Source: Penicillus capitatus (lineage: Eukaryota; Plantae; Chlorophyta). Taken from it: 64,000 nucleotides of DNA. The stretch spans positions 733,101 through 797,100 of the forward strand of contig OZ287701.1 of assembly GCA_965649825.1 (NCBI GenBank), read 5' to 3'. Below the pieces are notes generated by a model, which had not been told where the DNA came from, ran no database searches, and saw only the letters and a program-made list of their open reading frames with translations. Shown in pieces: positions 36,359 through 48,886 of the stretch (positions within the stretch are counted from its first letter, which is position 1; each line of letters starts with the position of its first letter). Made by a program: the position numbers and the translations under genes.

Positions 36359-39100
36359 TTAAGCGACGCTTAGTGACTCATTCTGGACAGAGAGAACATT
36401 CTCTGTCTCCTTGACAGATGTCATACGATGCCCAATCGTTGAGGGCTGCTCGGGACCAGACGTTAAAGTACTGCTGGGACTCGTGCAATGAATAAAAGAC
36501 TCCTTGGCGTGAGACTTACTCGCTTCGGATTTGCGTCTGAAGTCATCGAGAGTGGAGTACTGCTTCTCAATCAGCTCCCGCAGTTTAGGATTCACATGCA
36601 CGTCATGAGATTCAGGGATCCTGCCGTAATGGTGAAACGCCCAGAATTTCTCCAATCCATACAGACTGCCTTGCTCGTAGTCCATCAGGGTCAGATCTTC
36701 GAAATCGCTGTACAGTTCATCATTGAAGCGAGATTCGAGTCCGTAGCTGTAGAAATTGAATAGGCATTCGATACCGTAATGGCCTCCCTCTTCTCGATCT
36801 TCAATGGCAAATTTCTTGAAGTCGGTGTACATCCGTGAATTGAAGTTATCTCTCAGGAAGTAGCACCAGAAGCGATAGAGTGTCCGCATCTCTTCAGATT
36901 TGCCGTATCCTACACAACCAGCTATCTATGAACGATCTGCATCTCTTAGATGCTCGACAGGACCTTTTGAATTACGGTCTCTTATACAACGGGAATAGAA
37001 TTTGTTGTAGTGAACTTGAACAAAGTTCCCGTCCTTTAGGTGTGCGTGACCTGGATGGTCGAATCGGGGAACAGACGTGCCAAGATGTAGACCCTCTACG
37101 GTGGGCGATGTGCCACTGCTACACACGAGACGCTTTTTGTGACAGTGATGATTGGGATACGGTTGCACCTGGGACTGCGATTGTGTGATGAACTGCCAAG
37201 GACCCAACCGACAGACGGTGAATGCCGGACTTGGTTTTCATCAACAGACCTATATACACCGCTTGAACACCGACATAGATCTCATCAGAATGATGTGACC
37301 TTTTACGCAGGTGTGCGGACGTGTTCTTTGGTAAACTTGAAGAAAAGAAATGCTGTCGAGGCTCATGGCCGGGACTCCTCGCAGGAAACGGCTAAACGTC
37401 ACATCATGCTGTATGTAGAACACAGATCTCGTGTATCATTGAGATGCTTGCCTGTATTTGGTCCTGATAATGCGCCAGGCCCTCGTTTATGACGGATGCC
37501 TCTCCTTTGTCAATCGTGCCTCCCTTTGTATGACTCCCTCCCTAAATCCAGCCATTCTCAGTTAGACACCGTTCTCACAATGGCACCGAGAGACATGGCT
37601 TTGAATCAGAACAATCAACCGATCAAGATCCCGATCAACAAACTCATCTTGATGATCTTGAGTTGCATAGTTTTCCTTAGCGCGATCCTAGTCACATCAT
37701 TCCTTGAATAAATGTTCACAAGGCAAGGAGTAGAGCGCACTTCATCGAACTCGAAGACATCCTCCGTGGAGTGCCGGTTCTTTTCTTCGGACGAGTAGGG
37801 TTTCGGTGTGTAGGGTGCGCGTTCGACAGGTACGTGATCCAGTTGCTGTTGATTTTCTGGCAGTACCCATTTTTCGTAGTCTACATCCGCATCACACGAC
37901 GGTTACTCGATTGCCTCAGTCAAGAGCATCTGATGGACCTTTTGTTCGGATGAATGACATGTCTTCAGACACATCCACTTTGTCACTGCTTAGCAGTGCT
38001 TCCAAAATCATGTACCGGTCTGTTGTGATGTGCTGCAACCTACACACAAGTAGTCCATGGATTGCTGCCGGATCTGAGAGCGAGAGAGAGGCGGCCGTAC
38101 ATGTGGAATGTCATAATAAGAGCAAGGGGAATCCAACCATCCTTGTCCATTTTTCCTCTCACATACAGATCTCTGTGAAGATTCTCTTCGCTCATATAAT
38201 ATTCAATTTGTGTTTTAGCAGCTTCTGCAATGCGTTCGCGGGTGAAGGGGGCATGCATTGGCAGTGGATGTCCAGGAGGAAACAGCATTCCTGGAACGGG
38301 TGGAACGGGGGCATATGGCATCGCCGAAATATACATGGGATGCATCATGGGGACATGAGGGTAGATAGGAGGATGCATTCCGGCCGACGGTGGCATATTG
38401 AAATAGATACTGTCATGGGAATGTGACCGAGGCGGTCCAGCCCTTCCCCGTCCCGTTCGACCTCTCCCACTATATCTCCCCCGTCCACGTACCCCCTGCA
38501 CATATCTAACACACCTCACACCCTCAAACCAACACTGGAGGGCCAAACAAACCTGGGAGTCGCATCTCTTGGAGTCTGAGGATGGGCCGTCGTTACCGCG
38601 GGCGACGGCTCCATCGTTCGTTCCACTTCACTAGACTCCTTGTTCTTTGAGACGCCGCCGGCACTAACACTGCCGTTGTTACTGCCGCCATGACTCAGTC
38701 GTATCTCCGTCTGAGTGGACGACCGTCGATGCGATGATTTATCTTTATCGACGTGTCGAAATCCCTTTAGCAATCGATCTTGTTTAGCATGATAGAACAT
38801 CTGATCTCGATCTTCGGGGGCAAGAGGGACACCACGTCGACTCAAGCGCGATTTTCGATTGCGGTCGATGCTGGTAGAAGAAGTCTTGTCCCTTGGTGTT
38901 GATGACCCTTTGGTTGATTTCTTCTTGACATACTGTTCTTGCGATTGACCCAAGGTTGGCCATGCTTCTTCGGAATCGGCAGTCCATGGTACTTTGGCAG
39001 TGGCTGCCGGATGTTTTTCGTCATCGGAACGACTGCAGATGGAATGTCCTCCCGAACTGCTAGCGGATTTTTCGCTTCCGCTGGCTGCTCCTTGTTGCAT
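36359..39100 (-). CDS. LARP1: La-related protein 1 (La motif + DM15 repeats)
   Basis: La motif [31 protein letters not shown]; DM15 [17 protein letters not shown]...[15 protein letters not shown]...[13 protein letters not shown]. Confidence 0.93.
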
Positions 39101-40437
39101 GGCGTACAAACGAACGAACAAACACTTGGAAATGGCAGCCCGGTGTTTCAAAGGGCTATTGCTTCGAAATCCTGACTCAACAGACACGTCAAATGTGGCG
39201 GCGGCCGAAACACGCGCCAAACGCAGGTCTCTTCGACACCGAGTCACTTAGTTAAGTAATAAACAGCTGGACAATACGTCGTTTGTACAAGGAAGGAACG
39301 AGGGTGTCACGTTTAGAACTTCTTCGCTTTGAGGCCGAACGCGTCGCGATTGGTGGACACGTGTCCGTTGCTTGTCGCGTTGCAATATGACGAAAATCGT
39401 GTTTTCGCTTTCCGAGGAGTTTTGTATGTTTACCTCGTGTATGTGCGTTCGTGAGCGGCGGAGTTTCTTGGCACGGTTTGTTGGCGGTTTGCAGATGTTC
39501 TGCGTGTCGTTGCTTTAAAAGACGAATCGAATCGGATGCGTTTGATGCGAATGCACTCCCACGCACGTCGTCTTCGAGAACGAACGATTCCCGCAGAGAA
39601 CGGCAATTGAGTTAAGGTGGAGCTGGCTGACGTGTCGCGTTTACAGATGACGTCATCGATCTGGGCATTTCATGGAGGATTACAAGATAGGAATGCATGC
39701 ATTGAATTCACGCTCTATCATCCTGACATGTAAGGAAATATTGCCCAACATTTGCTCATGCCGTTCTATTATCATACCATAACTGTCCGATCCGTTGTCG
39801 ATGATACTAGGCTGCCCTTACGAAATAGCAGAACAACAATTCCAACTTTATACTCGTATGGATGCATTTGCGTGATAGAGATGTGAAAAAGAAAAGGTGG
39901 TGGGGGAAAAGGAGCCTAGAGATCAAATCAACGTCTTCATGACCAAAAGACCATTTAGAAGTGATGAAATTGTTGTGCCATCAAACATGTATTTGTAGTC
40001 GCAGTCAGCAAGGTCATGTCATCATCGGCAAAACAAGAGAATCGAACTCTTGAGGAAAGCGTCCGAAATCGGGACGTGTATACTAGCAAGGCAGCGCCAT
40101 CCATATATAGTTATAGACAACACAGGTACTAGGTGGCGGCGCTGGGCTTCGTCGTACGTACGTACACCTATTCTGTCTATGTGCAGCAGCATACTTTGTT
40201 CCAGGCACGTAGCTCAACAAGCACAAAAGCGTCAATGGGGGAGAGGCATTGAATGATTCAGAGTCATCTTTCGAATGTATGTCCCTCCCACCGTCTCTGC
40301 TGTTGTTATTGAAGAAACATTCCTCGCTGTCAAATCCTATGTGTGTCATTGAGATGAGTAACTGTTGTTGTTGTTGTCGTCGTCTTCTTCATTGTCATAT
40401 CGACAGGAATCCTTTTTCTGGGATTGGCTCGATGAAA

Positions 40438-42279
40438 TTAGGCAGATGTGGTATCCGTTGCATACATAAGCTCCACAATCTGGCGATAGAATCCGTTCTT
40501 CCTGAATTCGCCTCTTGCGATCCGTTTAGCTGTATCGTTCGTCAGTTCCACAAGATATCGTACGAAGAGCAAATAGTCGCTGGTACTGAAGTACTCTCCC
40601 AAGATGCTTTCGACCGCTCTTCGTGCGACCAGCTGCGCCAGATGCGTGAATGTCTTGCGACTCGGGCAGCGACGACCTCTTCGCGCCTCTGTCTCTCCGT
40701 CTCCGTTGCTGATGTAGGGACCTAAAACAACATTCGAAAAAACTGCCTAGACGGCAATACCGCCCTCGCCTTCGAATCGAATGATAAGCTTCGCCAGTGT
40801 GTCTGTCAGATGATCTCTGTAGAGAGCGCGCATACTTTCAAAGGAGTGCGCATTTGTCGGACAGCGCAATAGAAAGAAACACGCTTGGTCTTCGACAGAC
40901 GGCACGCAACATGCAACATGCTCTGTCGCCCTGCGGCAAAACATAGGTCAGACAAGGGTGATGCCTCACGAGATGCGCGACGCCCTCATGGGGTTCAAAT
41001 GAAGAGATGGTGAGATGCGGAAGAGAACAACGACGCCGTCTCGAGCGTTCTTTACTTATTGGGTCGGGCAGCAACACGTGCATGGAACGTCGCGTTCGTC
41101 ATTGAGAGATAATTACGAGGCGGATAACACTGTGTGTGCAGAAAGCAAAACCGCTCTATAAGGCAACACTCCGGATTGGCAAGCGCGTGGTGAAAGAAAA
41201 CTGATACGGTGACCTTTCAGCCTTCTGTTATGGTAACCGTCAACATCGGATGGGCTTCGATGCGTTCGATGGACAACAAACGAGGCAGTTCTCGCCTGTA
41301 TCGTCCGAAATCCTCTGCATAGACACGAGATAGCCGCAGAAGCGTTGTAGAATGGTTGTAGGTGGCAAGGACTGCCTAGGTTTGTCGATGGCCATTCGAA
41401 ATCGCGTAACCGTGTCATGACTGGACGGCGTCCTTTCCGCGGATCCATCTTTTTTAGCCTGCAATGCGATCATGTGTTTGGACACCACGCAACCGGTTGG
41501 CTGCAAAGCAACGATACAGGGTGTACTGTAAGGCGCCGGTTTTCTATAGAAATCGTGCTGACTTCCTACAGAGCCTTTCAATGGCGCGGCACACGGGATG
41601 TCCCGTCGGATACCCCTCTCGACTGTCAACATGACCATCCACCCGTCCATCGTATGCCCACAACAAGCGCTTCTGTTAGTGCCCGCGTAGACTTGTACGT
41701 TATGGGTATGTGGTTTTGAGATGTCTTGTGTCGAGAGTCACGGGCATTGCGGATGCGTTCTTCGTTTCAAGAATCGCGAGAGTCTCGGAATGATCACTTC
41801 TATCCTTACAGCACGCCTTGTGGACAGAATACATTCATGGACCCGGTACTCGCTCAAAACGACTGCCGAGGTGCTGAGGAACTTCAACCTCCATCGAACT
41901 TCATACCTACGTGTCTGTTCTCGACCTATCGCTTTTCGCCCTGTTCGCTCTGCGTGAAGGGATTCTATCAGCACTCCATTCATCTAGAGGAACCACCTTC
42001 GCCTTCCATCGAGTCTCGTTTGTACGGCACAGTACCTTCACGAATGCGCTGAGTCGCTGGCTGCTCTGACGTGCGCCTAGACATGCCCGTCGATCAAGAA
42101 CGCCAGTATCGACGAACAGCAAAACGAATTGGATCCCTCCCACCCACGTCGCCATCCAATGGCAGGAACAGGCGATTCAAAAAATGGCAGTGGATGCGAA
42201 TGGCATCTGTAGATTCCGTATCGTACTGAGTTTCCCATTCATTGGTATCCCATCCATCCAGGGAAGGTATACCTGACAT
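40438..42279 (-). CDS. Hypothetical multi-exon protein
   Basis: Exon-like minus-strand segments (MSGIPSLDGWDTNEWE..., LAQLVARRAVESILGEYF, AKRIARGEFRKNGFYRQIVELMY*); splice path incomplete. Confidence 0.35.
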
Positions 42280-42437
42280 GGAACATGTGTCAGACAGTGG
42301 TACTTTTCCTAAAGGCCATTCAACCATGCCTTAACAGGAGCCTTATTCTTTGCCTATTCTGAAGATCTTTGCTTCACTGCTCGCAGTCGACTGCCAGCAA
42401 AATGCATCACGTACGATACATGAGAATCATTTTCGCG

Positions 42438-43756
42438 ATGGGAAAGCTGCGCCGACTCGCCATCGGCCGTCACAAAACCCCGAACAAAGCGAACAAACGC
42501 ACTCAGATGGATCCAGAAGATGCAATGGATGTCGAGGACACGACTGAACCGATTCCTGTAGACGACAGGACAAAGGAGACGGAACAGCGCAAGGAACGTG
42601 TGTTGGTGTTATGCACGCGAGGAACGGCGGCTCGTTATCGACATCTGATGCTGGATCTTGTCCAACTGCTACCCCACTGCAAAAAAGAGAGCAAACTCGA
42701 TGTCAAACGCGATTTCAGGATCGTCGCCGATATCGCCGAAATCAAGTCCTGCACCAGTGCCGTGCTGTTTGAGTGTCGGAAATTCAAGGATCTCTACATT
42801 TGGATGTCCAAAACGCCAAATGGGCCGTCGATTAAGTTCGCCGCACAGAACAGTTTGCACTCCCTTCGTGGACCCATCTGAATCTGATGGGACAGTTGGA
42901 TGCTAGTTCACACGATGGAGGAATTGCGGCTCAGTGGCAATCATCTGAAAGGCTCCAGACCTGTTCTTTCGTTTGACAAGACCTTCGATGAACAGCCACA
43001 CTATCGGCTCACCAAAGAGCTGCTGAAGCAGGTAATGCCCTTCGATACAGCATTCCCAGGAGCAACAGTGGTGTTGTGTTCGATCGCGTAGATCTTTGCC
43101 ACACCTGTCCAGCATCACAAGAGCAAGCCCTTCTTTGATCACGTTCTCAGCTTTTCTGTCGCGGACGATCGGATTTGGATCCGAAACTACCAAGTCCCGA
43201 TCCTGCCACGCCTCGAATCGCCGTGCAGCCGTTGATGGTTCAGGTGGTGCCAGAGTATGAAAAGACCAAAGTCAACATCGATGCCACGTCGCTGATCGAG
43301 GTAAGCAATGCGACGGACGATCGTTAACTGCCCCGTAACGCGACGAGCGAAGTGGTCGAGATGTGTGTACAGAGAGCGCGTGTGTCCACCAAGGTATCCT
43401 TCGCGACATCGACAGCGACAGGCGCCGTTCTTTAAGAACAGACGCTAGTGTCTGACAGACATTGCTGTGATGGACTAGGTGGGACCCAGAGTCACACTGC
43501 AGATCATTCGAATCTTTGAAGGTCCATTCGGTGGACGCTGTCTCTTCCACAATCCAGATTTCATTTCGCCAAACACCGTACCGCACGCAGCATCTATGAG
43601 ACATCCTGTCATCGTGCCTTTGCGCAGATTCGATCGGCGTTGCGGAAGAAGAAGGCGAAGAAACAGATGCAGAAACGCGAAAGCAAAGCTGCTTACAAAG
43701 AGAAAATGGAACAGAACCAGATACCAACAGATGTACTGCAGAACGTCTTCCGATGA
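42438..43756 (+). CDS. BRX1: Ribosome biogenesis protein BRX1 (Brix domain)
   Basis: RYRHLMLDLVQLLPHCKKESKLD, PNGPSIKF, HTMEELRLSGNHLKGSRPVLSFD, KSKPFFDHV, IWIRNYQ, EVGPRVTLQIIRIFEGPFGG. Confidence 0.95.
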
Positions 43757-44153
43757 AAAGCAGATGATCATACATCGCCTCGATCTCACACAATGGGCAG
43801 ATCTCCATAGATCTAGTCATCTCTCGCAAAGCGAACGCGCAAACGCGTGCTCTTTATTGTTCGTCGACAGAGGGAAGAGATCTAATAGTGAATTGTATGC
43901 GGATTCGATTAAAGAAAGATCGGCCCTTATCCAGGGCATTCTGCGACACACAGTGACATGACTTCCTTAAATGGACAGTGCACAAGATAGCATCCGTCGC
44001 CGTTTAGCCTCACTCACTGCTCACGGATGCACCCAGTATGAATTCACGAGCTGTCCCTTCTGAAGATGAGACTCCAGTTGTTACAGCAACTAGGCCGCCG
44101 ATTGTCTAGATGCTGTAACAACTGGAATGCATCTCTCCACTGAGAAAATGCCT

Positions 44154-45144
44154 TTACTGCGATGAACTCGAGGACCCTGAGCTTGGAACACTGGCATTCT
44201 CCAGGGGTATCCTTTCCTGACTGAGCCTTGGTGGCATAGAACGCCGCCGAAAATCCGCCATCTCTTCGGTGCTGCGACCATCTGGTGGTGCCCGTGTGAA
44301 ACCAGGTGGAGGTGGTCCCATCGATCGCAAAGACTTTACGGTATCGGGGGAAGCGGTATGTCCTCCTCCATCTCCCTCTGGTTTCGCACCCACACTCTTG
44401 CTCAGCCCATCCACGGAACGCAATCCCTTGTTGGATTCCTACAGAGACACCGTGTTCAACAGAGAACGCTTCTCGTGTGCGATAACTGGAATGAAACGGC
44501 GTGCCATGAGCTTTTCCATATCTTCTGTTCTTATCCGTGCCATGACCGTTTCGTAAGGGATATGATTCCAGAGTCCATTTGGAAAGAGACTTCCGTCGAA
44601 TCGGCCATTATCCGAAGAGATGGATGACTTCTTGCTCTCGGCCTGTAACCACGACACATCTCTATGCAGAAGACTGAGAAAGGGTTCGCACATATGCAGG
44701 AGGCTCTTCCCGGCGGCCTTGATCTCTGCGCACCAGTTTGACTGGCAGGACAGATTTCTTTGAAGGCTGTGATGGATACATCGATGCTGCGTAGGGCGCA
44801 GGCGTTTCTACTCTCATCTGTGGATGAGGCGGATACACCATCGGCTGCTGCAGGGGGCCAGCAGGAAAGACCATTGCGGAATGCATCGATGGCGGTGGTG
44901 GGTAGTAGTATGGTGTCGGGGCCACATTTGGTGGCCATACGTGCGTCGGTGCCGCATACGTTGGACCCATTGTTGATGGTGCACGACTCCTGGGCCTCAC
45001 TTTGAGCGGTAATACAGAAGACGTCTTGTTTGCCTGTCGTGGACTTCCCATGACACTCTGTGACGTGACAGCCTCCCTCTCTCCGGCCAAACGCATTCCC
45101 AAATCTTCGTGACATTCCATGGCTTCGTGATCCTCGTGGCGCAC
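44154..45144 (-). CDS. Hypothetical Pro/Ser-rich, largely disordered protein; ends uncertain
   Basis: ORFs 44662-45144 (PTPYYYPPPPSMH...), 44439-44693 and 44154-44423 look like consecutive exons. Confidence 0.5.
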
Positions 45145-45968
45145 CGCGTTTGAATCTAACAGACAGAGCTGTCGCTTTTGCAGACGTTTTGGAAGACCTA
45201 TGCCTTGCCTTTGTCCGCCTGATATCGTGCGCGGAGCCGTTCGGAGGCCTTGTACCTAACATCACCTTCTTCGTCCATTACACTTTCACACAGTTTTCTC
45301 TGATTCAGTCTTCTCTGTATCCTGGTTCCCACCTACGAGGCAGATATCTTGCTGAACATGGGTGTATATGGGGTGCGTCCTTATGCCTTGAAAGCATTCA
45401 TGCTAACTTCTGAGGCGATGTCTTTGGCGGTGATGTAGTTAGGGTAAGCTTCGACTAGTACCCGGCAAATTTGATCATCTATACTGTCTGCGAACAAACA
45501 AACAACTCTTGTCAAGACGAATACAGAAGGTGCAGTGAATCAGCCGGACCGCTGCTGTGCGCCATATGCGCCAGCTCCGTTTCGCTGATGCTCGAAAAAC
45601 GTTCGTCGGTGTCTTCTCCGGGGACAGGTGTTCGACGTGTCGTTCTCTTCTGCGGCGAATGGAAGACGATGCTGCGTTACTGGTCGACGCGATGTGACAC
45701 GCATGCAGTCGTTAAGTACGCTTCCCTGTGCCGAACGGATAAAGACGGTCCAACGAAAAGAGTGAGGCGCATCGACGCCCGGGCGTTTTACTCAACACGA
45801 ACGATCGCATCACATCGCGACGAGAAGCAAGGCAAGGGATCGGGACGAGAAACGTCACATCACGCGTCGCATGTACCGTTTATTGCCGTTTTCGCTCTGT
45901 GCACACCACCTGCTGTGTCTAAAGCGCTGTTTGATTTGGCCCCTCGAGCATCTCTCGGTCACACTTCT

Positions 45969-46615
45969 ATGGCACCTTTATCGAAACGTCGTCGTAGAGA
46001 ATCGAATGGCTCGCTGTCGTCTCCCAATGTATGTCCTCTCCTTCACAGCTCGTCTCTCCAACAGCGTCTGCGTTTTAGAGAATCGAATCGCCGCTGCAGA
46101 CACCATGGTCAAAACGTCTGTGTCGTGATGAATCGTTGGCGTGCGTTCTCGCTACGACGCCCATCGACCGTTCTCCCCCTCGTCGTGTCTCTTCACGTCG
46201 CGTACCGCCTTCCAACCAGGCCGATCTCATATGGGGAGGAGCTGGCATCCGAACGCGTCTCCTCAACCGCCTCCAGCCGACGTCGTCAGATGCCGAGCGT
46301 CAAGATTTGCTAAGGGGGCTGAAGGACGATGTCATCCAGGCGCGCAAAGAGCTGCGTCAGTTGGTGGATGGTTTGCATGCGGCGCTGAGCCAGTTAGATT
46401 ATCGTCGTTGTCTATTGATCTTGACTTATCTCCTCCATGCCCGACATCTCATTCGGGCAGATGTCATAAACTGCCGAAGATATGGAGAAACGATCGCCGC
46501 GCTGACGCACTTATCGCATCCGAATGTCGCGACCTGTGCCAAGACGCTGATGCAACTCTGGAGATATGGATTGGCGATCGAAGAGCGTTCATCGACGAGA
46601 GATCGAGACGTTTAG
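45969..46615 (+). CDS. Small protein with TFIIS N-terminal (LW/Med26-like) domain; start uncertain
   Basis: ADVINCRRYGETIAALTHLSHPNVATCAKTLMQLWR resembles TFIIS-N; NLS-like LSKRRRR near the putative start. Confidence 0.6.
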
Positions 46616-46704
46616 AAATCGTCGTTCGGCGAGAGATATTGACAAGGAAGGCCTTTTTTCTTTTCTTTCTCGGTTTTTGATTTCGGTCGTGTCACGTCCT
46701 CATC

Positions 46705-48826
46705 TTACAACATGCGATTTGATGGAAAGACCAATTTCTCGCCCGTTTCCAGCAAACCGTCGCGGTTCGTGTAGAACACGCGATAGAGCAGATCGATCTC
46801 GGCGTCAGACATGACAGGGCCTTTGACATTCTCTTCGACCAGACGATCAAAGTCGATGCGGCGGATGTTATGCTTCTCGTGCAAGGCCGAGAGCAAGTCG
46901 TCCAGACCATCTATATGATGACTCAACATACTTCTACAGCAACAACCGCCTCACTCTTCCACTCTGCAAGGAATAGAGCAGTCGAACTTCAATGCTTTCA
47001 TGTCGGCGAGTTGCTGCTGGTGCTTTCGCGTTGGCCTGTATCGATAGTATCCATAGAACAAGACATAGCTCATGACCGACATACAGACACAGGCGTAGAC
47101 GACACTCTGGAATACTCCTGGTTGTGTTTCTAATCCCGTGAACAAGTTCATTCCAAAGAAACCTGTCACATCATCCGAAGACGGCCCAGGTAAAGGGTTG
47201 TGTGCTGCGCGGACTTGCTGGAAGAGTGGAGAGGAGCAAAGAGAAGGAGGCGATCGAGATGGTCAGGTTGATCCGGATGATCCGATTGCGAACACTGTCC
47301 ATTTGCATGTGCCACACTTCCCTGTTGCGAAGACCAAGCATTGCATGTCGCGTCCAATAATATGCTGCTGTCACATCACCTGGCGTCGTCCATGTTGTCC
47401 TCCATTTCCCGCAATGCCCCCTCGATCGTCTCCACCTGTCGCTCATAACTGTCTAAAAGCCCTGACGCCAACTTCATGTGACGCGTCACACCATTCCACG
47501 TCTCTCCGCTCTTTCCTGCGACAGAGAATGATCTCGTCGTCTGGATAATCGAATGGCAGTCACTTACCGGACTTTTGATGTGACGGCATCTGTTGATGCT
47601 CTGTTAGGCAAATGGCGCTCAAGAGCTTCTCATTGTCGACGACCTGTGAAGCCACAAGGCACTCCCACGCATCTAGTCGATGCTATCGTGCAGGATCTCG
47701 CACTTCGGCAATAGCTTCTCGCGTCTCTTTGACATCGAAGAGCATCTCAGTCAGCGCTCTGCGGATCGGAATCAACCTGAAGGGACGCAAACGACTCGAA
47801 GCGCTTGCCCCTTACAGATTACTGACCGTTGGAATTCACTGGAATTGGCATCGGTTCGATGCTGGGCATTGATGTCAGCGATCACACTCTCCAGCAGCAA
47901 TCGAACTCTCTTCGCGCGTTTCTCGAAGTACATCGTCGTCGCTTCCAACATCGCCTCGAGGACGTGCAACTCAAAAGGCACTGCCGAGACCTGAGTCACC
48001 CTCGAAAGCACGTTTTCTACCAACCGAACTGTATCCCCATGCCATCTACCAAGCAAAGATCCTCTCTCGGTCGCTCGAAAGACGGAATCACCGAACTTAA
48101 GTGGAAAGAGGGTCGCGCGTTGCGTCCATATGATCGCTTTGCACGATTCGGTACAGAAGAGAATACAACCGTCCCGTGCAGCGATGGTCGCGCGTTGCTT
48201 CGACAGTCGCGGATTTGAAGTAAACAACGAGACGTCTCGCGGTTGGAGGTGCATTTCGAACGGCGTCTTGACAAGTTCGAGTACCGTCCCGTCGCTCGAC
48301 ACCTCCACGACCTGCATTCGAGGCATACACGCAAACAGCTCAGCTTCTATGCATCCGACTTTGAACGTCGGTCTCCTGGTTGTCTGGGTATTGAAAGGAT
48401 CTGCCCGTAGCTCAGAAATGGATTGAACAACGCTGGGCGAGTCTTCGATCGAATCGTCCTGAACGCGAGGATCCATTCGAGTGCTCGCACACAAGTGCCG
48501 AACCACGTTGCTTCGTCTCTCTGCACAAGAGAAGTTCGAGCATTACCATCTAACGACCTCTCATCACTGCCATGAAGACCTCTTAAGTAAGAGACACTGT
48601 AGACAACGGACGTCCTGGGTAAAGCGTTAGCGTCTGGCCATTTTCCAAGATCCCCATCTGCCAAGGCACCGACGTTGCACTCCGTTGCACACGTCCTTTC
48701 GTTTTGCCTGTCCGCAAGAAGGCGCTGTTGTAGGAGGGGAACGGCATGACCGGTGTCCTGAAGGAAAGCAGGCGTTTCATGCACGGCATCCGCATCGCAG
48801 AGGACTGTCCAAAAACGCGTTGCCAC
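46705..48826 (-). CDS. MRS2: MRS2/CorA-family magnesium transporter with C-terminal extension
   Basis: MHLQPRDV, PFELHVLEAML, MDSVRNRIIRINL, SFFGMNL signature plus second TM helix. Confidence 0.9.
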
Positions 48827-48886
48827 ATAGGTAGGTCTTAATGCAATGATGCAGACCCTAGAGCGTATTCGCCATCATTTTGAGCC

